Source: a bacterium (lineage in GTDB: Bacteria > Patescibacteriota > CPR2 > UBA1875 > JAJYID01). From it: DNA of 64,000 nucleotides. Positions within the stretch are counted from its first letter, which is position 1, and each line of letters begins with the position of its first letter. Positions 57,736-64,000 of this stretch are shown in pieces. Both the position numbers and the translations under genes were made by a program. The notes under the pieces were generated by a model, which made no database searches, was not told the DNA's origin, and saw only the letters and a program-made list of their open reading frames with translations. The DNA lies in contig JAJYLR010000001.1 of the NCBI GenBank assembly GCA_021787535.1, forward strand, positions 556,321 to 620,320, given 5' to 3'.

Positions 57736-59718
57736 TTATTTCACCATCTTCAAGAACTCTTGTTCGTTTAGAATTTTAATTCCTAATTGTTCGGCTTTGG
57801 CGGCTTTGGAGCCAGGATTATCACCAACTACTACAAAATCAGTGGTTTTGGAAACTGAGCCGGATGCGCTGCCGCCATTTGAACGAATCATTTCTTCCGC
57901 CTCATCTCGAGTTAATCCAGAGAGTGAACCGGTGATGACAAATGTCTTGCCGTCCAGCTTATGACGAACTTGCTCGTAGCGAATCTCCACCCCATTTTGC
58001 TGTAATTTCTTGACCAGCTCCAAATTCTTTTTGTTATGAAACCAGTTGTAAATACTTTCTGCTCCGACTGTGCCAATACCTTCAACTCCTTCAAAATCTT
58101 CCTTCTCCGCCTTTTCCAAGTCTTCCAACTGAGCAAATTTTCTGCTCAAATCTGACGCTGTGATAGCGCCGATGTGGCGGATGCCGAGCGCATTTATAAA
58201 CCGCCTGAATGATACCTTTTTGCGCTCATCAATTGACTCGACTAGGTTCTTGGCAGAGGTTTCGGCAAATCTCTCAAGCGGTGTCAGATCGCCCTCGGTA
58301 AGCGCGAAGAGGTCGGCCGCATCCTCAATCAATCCTTCTTCAATTAGCTGCGTAACAATTTTTTCGCCGAGGCCTTCTATATTAAACGCGCTTTTTGAGA
58401 CAAAGTGGCCTATCTTTTGAAGTTCAATGGCAAAGCAGTTGTCGGCCACACATCTTGCTACCGCCTCACCTTCCGGCTTAACAATCGGCCCGCCGCAAAT
58501 CGGACAAGTTTTAGGCATTTTGAAGACTTTTTCTTGTCCTGTGCGCAGATTGGGCAGCGATTGCACCACTTCCGGGATAATATCTCCTGCCTTTTGGATA
58601 ACCACCGTGTCACCGATACGGATGTCTTTCCTGTGGATTTCATCTTCGTTATGAAGTGTCGCCCGAGAAACGGTTGTGCCGGCAACTTTTACCGGCGTGA
58701 AGACAGCAAAGGGCGTCACTGCACCGGTCCGACCAACGTTAACCCTGATGTCTTCCAGTTTTGTTGTTACTTGCTCGGCCGAGAATTTGTAAGCCGCTAC
58801 CCCGCGAGGAGCTTTTCCGACTATACCAAGCCGGCGAACTAAGTCTTCGGAATTTACATTGACCACGGCTCCATCGGTTTGATACGACAGTTTCTTACGC
58901 TTGTCTTCCCACTCTTCTAAAAATTTCTCGGCATCTTTCATAGTCTTGCAATGCCGTGAGTTCGGCTCGACTTTGAATCCTAGCTTTTTTGCCACCTCGT
59001 GTTCTTCCTGATGGGTTTGAATGCCTTCCTTATAAATCGCCCATGCCATGAACTTGAGTTTTCTCTCGGCTACAATGCGCGCATCCAGCTGGCGAAGTGT
59101 GCCGGCCGCCAAGTTTCGAGGATTGGCATATGTTTTCTCTCCCTTTTTCTCCTGCTCGGCATTAACTTTCTCGAATTGTTTATAGTCCATGTAAACCTCA
59201 CCGCGCACCTCCACATCGACAGCTTGGGTTAGCTTCAGAGGAATGCTTTCGATAGTACGAATATTCTGCGTCACATCCTCACCAATCTGGCCGTCGCCTC
59301 TCGTCGCCGCTGTTTTTAAAAATCCTTTTTCATAAGTTAAATAAACGCTTAGTCCGTCCAGTTTCAGCTCCGCATAATAGTCGAGTTTCTCGTTTGGAAT
59401 TAATTTTTGAATCCTCTTTTCCCATTCTTCGAGTTCGCCGAAATCAAACACATCATTGAGTGAAAGTCCGGGGTGAGCATGACGAATTTTTTGAAACTTT
59501 GATAATGGTTTGCCGGCTACCCTTTGAGTCGGCGAATCGGGAGTGACGAGTTCAGGATACTTCTCTTCAATTTGTGAAAGCTCGTGCATCAGGGATGTTT
59601 TGGCCGCTTCGGACACAATCTCCTTATCCAAAACATGGTAGGCGTATCTGATGCGATCAATTTCTTTTCTGAGTTTTTCCGCCCTTTTTCGCGCCTCAAT
59701 TAGAGAAATCTTTTCCAT
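57736..59718 (-). CDS. ligA: NAD-dependent DNA ligase
   Basis: KxDG adenylation motif (ELKLDGLSV), OB domain, 4-Cys zinc finger (CPICGGP...C..C), HhH and C-terminal BRCT domains. Start assigned to MEKISLIEARK. Confidence 0.93.
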   Translation of the reverse strand: MEKISLIEARKRAEKLRKEIDRIRYAYHVLDKEIVSEAAKTSLMHELSQIEEKYPELVTPDSPTQRVAGKPLSKFQKIRHAHPGLSLNDVFDFGELEEWEKRIQKLIPNEKLDYYAELKLDGLSVYLTYEKGFLKTAATRGDGQIGEDVTQNIRTIESIPLKLTQAVDVEVRGEVYMDYKQFEKVNAEQEKKGEKTYANPRNLAAGTLRQLDARIVAERKLKFMAWAIYKEGIQTHQEEHEVAKKLGFKVEPNSRHCKTMKDAEKFLEEWEDKRKKLSYQTDGAVVNVNSEDLVRRLGIVGKAPRGVAAYKFSAEQVTTKLEDIRVNVGRTGAVTPFAVFTPVKVAGTTVSRATLHNEDEIHRKDIRIGDTVVIQKAGDIIPEVVQSLPNLRTGQEKVFKMPKTCPICGGPIVKPEGEAVARCVADNCFAIELQKIGHFVSKSAFNIEGLGEKIVTQLIEEGLIEDAADLFALTEGDLTPLERFAETSAKNLVESIDERKKVSFRRFINALGIRHIGAITASDLSRKFAQLEDLEKAEKEDFEGVEGIGTVGAESIYNWFHNKKNLELVKKLQQNGVEIRYEQVRHKLDGKTFVITGSLSGLTRDEAEEMIRSNGGSASGSVSKTTDFVVVGDNPGSKAAKAEQLGIKILNEQEFLKMVK

Positions 59719-60163
59719 AAGTAAATTATAGCGTAAAAAACACCGATTAACCACTGCCAATGCACTGATTTTTTTAGATTCCTTTGCCACTTTTTTCTCC
59801 GTTCCGGTAGTAAATCTCCATTTTGCTATTGACTTCTTAATAGAGATGACGTAATGTGTGAATATTCGTGCTTTTACTTCATTTTTTCGCTAGTATTTCT
59901 TGTAGCAATTGAACCTTTCATTTCAGCGTCGCGCTGGCACAATTCCTTTGCTTTCTCTTTATTGGATTGCTAGTGTAACCAGCAAAATAAAGCTTGAACG
60001 GAAACAGAGGGCTGACCCTCACATCTAATGATGTTAGGGCCGTAGGTTAAAACGTGTTTGCGAGACGGTTTTACCCGACGCCTACTGAATCTGTTCAATT
60101 GAGGTCTATGAAGCAGCTCTCTCCAGCTAACTTCCTCTAGGCCTCTTTTTCTTGCTCTTCTAA

Positions 60164-60196
60164 AGAAATCTTTTCCATAAAGCTATTATAACAAAC
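60164..60196 (-). pseudogene. Duplicated fragment of the ligA start region (RBS + first ~6 codons; ORF ends after 13 codons)
   Basis: agaaatcttttccataa + [A/T]-rich upstream matches 59706-59722 (17/17 nt). It would encode MEKISLEEQEKEA*, versus the ligA N-terminus MEKISLIEARKRA. Confidence 0.4.
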
Positions 60197-60214
60197 TTAA
60201 CCCTCTAATTCATC

Positions 60215-60296
60215 GTCATTCTGGCCTGCCCAGAATCCCGTAGAAATAGATCCTGGTCAAGCCAGGATGACAAAAAAACGGGATCCGAAATGACAT
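60215..60296. repeat. Composite palindromic repeat (gtcattctggcctgcccagaatc + atcctggtcaagccaggatgac + gggatccgaaatgac)
   Basis: Three consecutive hairpin units with GTCAT/ATGAC ends; the first is a 2-mismatch variant of the 23-mer at 18031. Confidence 0.65.
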
Positions 60297-60415
60297 GGTG
60301 AGCGGTAAATTATGCCAAAAAAGAGAGCCGAAACCTCTCTTTTTTACTATGTTCTAACTTGTTCAAATGATGGAATTGTTGGAATGAAACATTTAAGGAA
60401 AATGTAGGAGTTGAG

Positions 60416-60444
60416 TAATCGCTTCGCTTATTGGAATCGTTGGA
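60416..60444. repeat. Degenerate repeat copy taatcgcttcgcttattggaatcgttgg
   Basis: Matches 2403-2430 (gaatcgcttcgcttgttggaattgtcat) at 22/26 positions. Confidence 0.45.
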
Positions 60445-60494
60445 GACGTATGCAATAAGTCACAACTAAAGCAATGCAAAATTTCAAACTTTTT

Positions 60495-61478
60495 CTAGAT
60501 TTGCATTTCTTTGGCTTGGTTCTCCTGATCACCAGAGCTTTCATTGTTTATAGGAGAAGGAGCAGTGTCAACTGATTGCGGTATGGATTGTGGTTCTGAA
60601 GCCACCGGAGAAGTTGCAACTACTGTATCATTTGCCGGTTCTGGCGCCTGTGGAACAGCTTGAGGTGATGATTGCAATGTATCGGCAACCGGCGGTGTTG
60701 AAGGAGTGAGATCTGAATCCTGGCCACCAACATCTCCTTGTACTCCAGGGTTAACCTCGGGAACATAAGTGGTATCTGGAACAAAAGCTGAGTTTTCAGT
60801 CGGTACAGTTTGAGGTGCATTATTTTCTTCTGTCACTGGCGGAACTTCGCTGATTTCTGTGTCATTAACCTCCGCTTCAACTTGGCTTAGATGCTCATCT
60901 TCCTTCGTCACCGGCACAGTCGCATCGGCAATGCCGCTGTCCACTGAATCATCTATAGATTGTTGCGGCGTCGGACTTACTGCGGACTGTTCATTATCCA
61001 TCAAACTCCCGGTTAAGTTTGCTTCCAGCGGACTCGTACCCCCAGCGTTTGAAATGTTACTATCCTGAGCGACAGGAGTATTATCAGTACCAGAGGACAC
61101 ATTATCAAAATCTGTTTGTGAAGGGAAATCATGATTAACCATCGGCTGTTCTTGTGACTGCATCGGCGCAATAGGCGGTTGCGGAGCCTCGGGAGCACTC
61201 ATAGGCGGCTGAGATCCGACTATATCATTCATTACAGGAGCTTGACTCTGCGCCATGACATTCGTCCCTTGGGTTTGCTGGGTAGCATCAAAATTATCTG
61301 GAACCGGTGCATTAACTTGAGAATCCGGCGCCGGCATGCCATAACTCGGCACATTGCTATAATCAGCATTTTCTGCCGCCTCTTTTTTATGTTTGGACTT
61401 AAAAAGTAAAAAGTATGCTGCAGCACCAACGCCTGCAACTACCAACAGAGCTATAATGATAATAATAAGAATACCCAT
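60495..61478 (-). CDS. Membrane-anchored intrinsically disordered P/Q/S/T/D/E-rich protein
   Basis: N-terminal TM (ILIIIIIALLVVAGVGAAAYFLLF) followed by about 290 aa of low-complexity sequence. Confidence 0.45.
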   Translation of the reverse strand: MGILIIIIIALLVVAGVGAAAYFLLFKSKHKKEAAENADYSNVPSYGMPAPDSQVNAPVPDNFDATQQTQGTNVMAQSQAPVMNDIVGSQPPMSAPEAPQPPIAPMQSQEQPMVNHDFPSQTDFDNVSSGTDNTPVAQDSNISNAGGTSPLEANLTGSLMDNEQSAVSPTPQQSIDDSVDSGIADATVPVTKEDEHLSQVEAEVNDTEISEVPPVTEENNAPQTVPTENSAFVPDTTYVPEVNPGVQGDVGGQDSDLTPSTPPVADTLQSSPQAVPQAPEPANDTVVATSPVASEPQSIPQSVDTAPSPINNESSGDQENQAKEMQI

Positions 61479-61679
61479 CCTCCCTCCTTAGAGTCAAAAT
61501 TTATTTGTAAATTTATCATAACAAAAGAAAAAAATAATGCAAGGGTTAATAAGATACAAGCCACAAGATGCAATAACTAAACAAATCTCAATATTCAAAA
61601 AACAAACCTGTACAAAAAATTTAGTATTTGATAATTGGGTATTGTTTGTAACTTGTTTCTTGGTCTATTGTATCTTCGC

Positions 61680-62579
61680 TTACATTTCTCTTAATCTTTT
61701 AATTCTCTCCTCTATCGGCGGATGAGTGTCAAAAAGTCCGCTAAACCATCCGCGGGAAGTACCCTCATGCTCTTTCAAAGGATTGGTAATATAGAGATGT
61801 GCCGTAGCTTTGTTCGCCACTTCCAAAGGTTCACGATCGGCTGAGATTTTCTCGAGTGCCCGAGCCAAACCTTCCGGATAACGAGTCAGGAGAGCGCCTG
61901 AAGAATCGGCTAAATACTCTCTGTTTCTGGAAAGTGCCAGCTGTAAAATAACAGCAAAAACAGGAGCTAGAAGCGCGAGAACGATGCCGACAACCATCAG
62001 TATCAGACCTAGCTGTCCTTCGTCTCTATCTCTATTGCCGCCAAAGAAACTGATCCGTAAAAACCAGTCAGATATGAGCGCCACAAAACCGACTAAGATA
62101 ACCACAACTGTCATGAGGCGTATGTCATAGTTGCCGATGTGCGAAAGCTCATGAGCGGTCACTCCTTCAAGCTCGACTTTTTCCAATTTTTGAATTATGC
62201 CAGTCGTATAGCATATGACTGCATGATCAGGATCACGGCCGGTAGCAAAGGCATTTGGCGCCGCATCGTCAATAACATAAATTTTCGGCATAGGAAGACC
62301 TGCCGCGATACAAAGATTCTCGACTAAATGAAAAAGTTCCTTGTTATCATCATGGGTGATTTCTCTGGCCTTTGAGATAGATAATGTGATTTTATCGCTG
62401 TACCAGTAGCTGATTAGCGCTTGGAAACAAGCAAAGATGATAGCCGCCGGAAAGATCCAGTAAATGTTTAAGGCAAGCGAGAAAACCCACCCAAGCGCCA
62501 TAATGAAAATCAAAAAACCCAGTATTAAAAATACCGTTCGCCTTTTGTTTGATGAGATTTCAGTATAAGTTGTAGCCAT
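61680..62579 (-). CDS. htpX: Zinc metalloprotease HtpX (M48 family)
   Basis: HELSH (HExxH) at the expected position, 4 TM segments, C-terminal E...THPP..ERI motif. Confidence 0.85.
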   Translation of the reverse strand: MATTYTEISSNKRRTVFLILGFLIFIMALGWVFSLALNIYWIFPAAIIFACFQALISYWYSDKITLSISKAREITHDDNKELFHLVENLCIAAGLPMPKIYVIDDAAPNAFATGRDPDHAVICYTTGIIQKLEKVELEGVTAHELSHIGNYDIRLMTVVVILVGFVALISDWFLRISFFGGNRDRDEGQLGLILMVVGIVLALLAPVFAVILQLALSRNREYLADSSGALLTRYPEGLARALEKISADREPLEVANKATAHLYITNPLKEHEGTSRGWFSGLFDTHPPIEERIKRLREM

Positions 62580-62591
62580 AGTTTAGTAAAC

Positions 62592-63662
62592 TCACAATTT
62601 CTCTAAAGAGTCATATAATTTAATCTTATATTTTCGCTCAAATGGTTTGGCTCTTGGCAGCCGGATATCTTTGCCTGTTAGTTTCTCAATTTTTACATCG
62701 GTAGGTTTATCAGCAGTAGCCCCTTTAAAATAGTATTTCAGAAAAAATTCTCGCCTTTCCTCGTCTAGCTCTTCAGGGTCGTGGGCAAACCGTGCAAAGC
62801 TGACCGCAAAATCTTCCTCTGGCCTTGTTCCTGCATATTCAGTTGGTACCTCTTTTGAGGCATGCCATCCATTTTCAATCCCGTTGGTCCAACCGCCAAT
62901 TTCTAGCCAATCTTTTACATTTTGGCCGCAACCAGGCCTGTGGGATCTTGTAAAACTTCCTACAGAATCGTGTTCAAGTAAATGCCCAAACTCATGGTAA
63001 ATATGTTTATCTGTAAATACGTCATGAGTTCCGTTTTCTGTTAAAATAATCGATTTTATACTGGATTCGGCATACCCGGCTGGGTCATCTTCTCTACCAA
63101 GAGCATCAGTGACAGTTTTGCCCGGCTTCAAAAGAATGGCTGGACAAATCAAAGCAGCTTTATCACCGAATAGTTCAAAAAGCCGTTTAACCCCCTGGCA
63201 TATTTGATCTAGTTTTCTTTTATAATACACATCTTTTTCGTTAAACGGTTTTTGAAAATTAAAAATTTCAATAGCTTTATCGTTATGTGATATTCTAATT
63301 TGTTCACATAACTTACCTTCTTTAAGCAGCTTTTGCCACTCTTCTTCTAACCACCACCGACCACTAGCTAGTGCTACTTCATTTGTCCCTTGAATATGCT
63401 CATTAAGATAGTTCTTTTGAGCTTGATTAAGCTTGCCACTTTCCACGAAGCCAATGTCCTGACCTTGAAGGGCGGGAACAGTGATTGTTTCTGCTTCTTT
63501 ATAACCAGGTTCACCTGGCTTAACCTCGGTTGAAGTAATACCAGCCGCAAATTCTTGCGGAGTTTGGTAAGAATATTCTAGATGTTCAGTTGTAGCGCTA
63601 GAATCAAAAATGCCTTTTTGAAGCTCCTGTACATTATCAGGCGGGAAAGCACCTTCCTTCAT
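62592..63662 (-). CDS. Putative neutral zinc metallopeptidase-like protein (HExxH)
   Basis: 356 aa with a HEFGHLLEH motif. Its position between lemA and htpX resembles the common lemA / YpfJ-type zinc-peptidase neighbourhood. Family assignment is tentative. Confidence 0.45.
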   Translation of the reverse strand: MKEGAFPPDNVQELQKGIFDSSATTEHLEYSYQTPQEFAAGITSTEVKPGEPGYKEAETITVPALQGQDIGFVESGKLNQAQKNYLNEHIQGTNEVALASGRWWLEEEWQKLLKEGKLCEQIRISHNDKAIEIFNFQKPFNEKDVYYKRKLDQICQGVKRLFELFGDKAALICPAILLKPGKTVTDALGREDDPAGYAESSIKSIILTENGTHDVFTDKHIYHEFGHLLEHDSVGSFTRSHRPGCGQNVKDWLEIGGWTNGIENGWHASKEVPTEYAGTRPEEDFAVSFARFAHDPEELDEERREFFLKYYFKGATADKPTDVKIEKLTGKDIRLPRAKPFERKYKIKLYDSLEKL

Positions 63663-63683
63663 CTATAAGTCCTTCTAACTATT

Positions 63684-64000
63684 TTATTTTTCCTCAAAGT
63701 CCACTTTGACCGGTTCCTTTTCGCTCTCTTCAGTCTGGAAGAAATCCCGCGCTTTATAGCCCAAAATACCGGCTAACAAACTATTTGGGAATACCTGGAT
63801 TTTGGTATTGAAGTCTCTGACATTACTGTTATAAAATCTGCGAGCCGCTTGGATTTTGTCTTCTGTATCGGTCAGCTCGTCTTGAAGTTTCATAAAGTTT
63901 TCATTCGCCTTTAGCTGAGGGTAGTTCTCAGCTACGGCAAACAAGCTTTTTAAAGTATCGGAAAGCATATTTTCAGCTTTTCCCTTTGCCTCTAAGCCAT
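63684..64000 (-). CDS. lemA: LemA family protein, 5' part truncated by window edge
   Basis: ...LFAVAENYPQLKANENF..LQDEL..TE..I..AR..YN..V..FNT.IQ.FP matches the LemA C-terminal half; the frame remains open to position 64000. Confidence 0.75.
   Translation of the reverse strand, partial: GLEAKGKAENMLSDTLKSLFAVAENYPQLKANENFMKLQDELTDTEDKIQAARRFYNSNVRDFNTKIQVFPNSLLAGILGYKARDFFQTEESEKEPVKVDFEEK

Noticed and set aside
1-64000. CRISPR arrays, transposases/IS elements, integrases, rRNA genes
   Set aside because: No regularly spaced direct repeats with unique spacers and no DDE or recombinase-like ORFs were found. The dispersed palindromic repeats are irregularly spaced and heterogeneous, so they are not CRISPR.

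Overview
AT-rich, compact, mostly minus-strand-coded bacterial segment. The gene content and small proteins are consistent with a reduced Patescibacteria/CPR-like genome (inference only). The core genes form a fused rpoB-rpoC-rpsL-rpsG-fusA block, followed by clpP-tig, pyrE-pyrF, recG, tyrS, PBP1A, cdd, a 3-methyladenine glycosylase, murB, yacL-radA, clpC, nusA, rnhB-yraN, rplS, dnaE, gatB, gatCA, ligA, htpX and lemA. There is one tRNA-Leu(UAG). Three non-core signals stand out. (1) A dispersed family of short palindromic repeats (GTCATTCYG...CRGAATGAC-like, at least 15 copies) has several copies inserted in-frame inside conserved genes (gatA twice, comEA, the 3mA glycosylase, the clpP 5' end), reminiscent of Rickettsia palindromic elements. 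(2) Next to tRNA-Leu lie a 1.1-kb ORF-free region and a horizontally acquired-looking two-gene cassette. These are followed by an unusual, translationally coupled 7-gene operon: DUF3467, NDT/TIR-like, MBL-fold, ComEA, ASCH, AlkD-like and GGCT-like. (3) Several paralogous small-protein clusters, AT-rich CCAAT/ATTGG intergenic arrays, a ligA 5'-end duplication and candidate ncRNA or operator regions. No CRISPR array, transposase or rRNA was seen.
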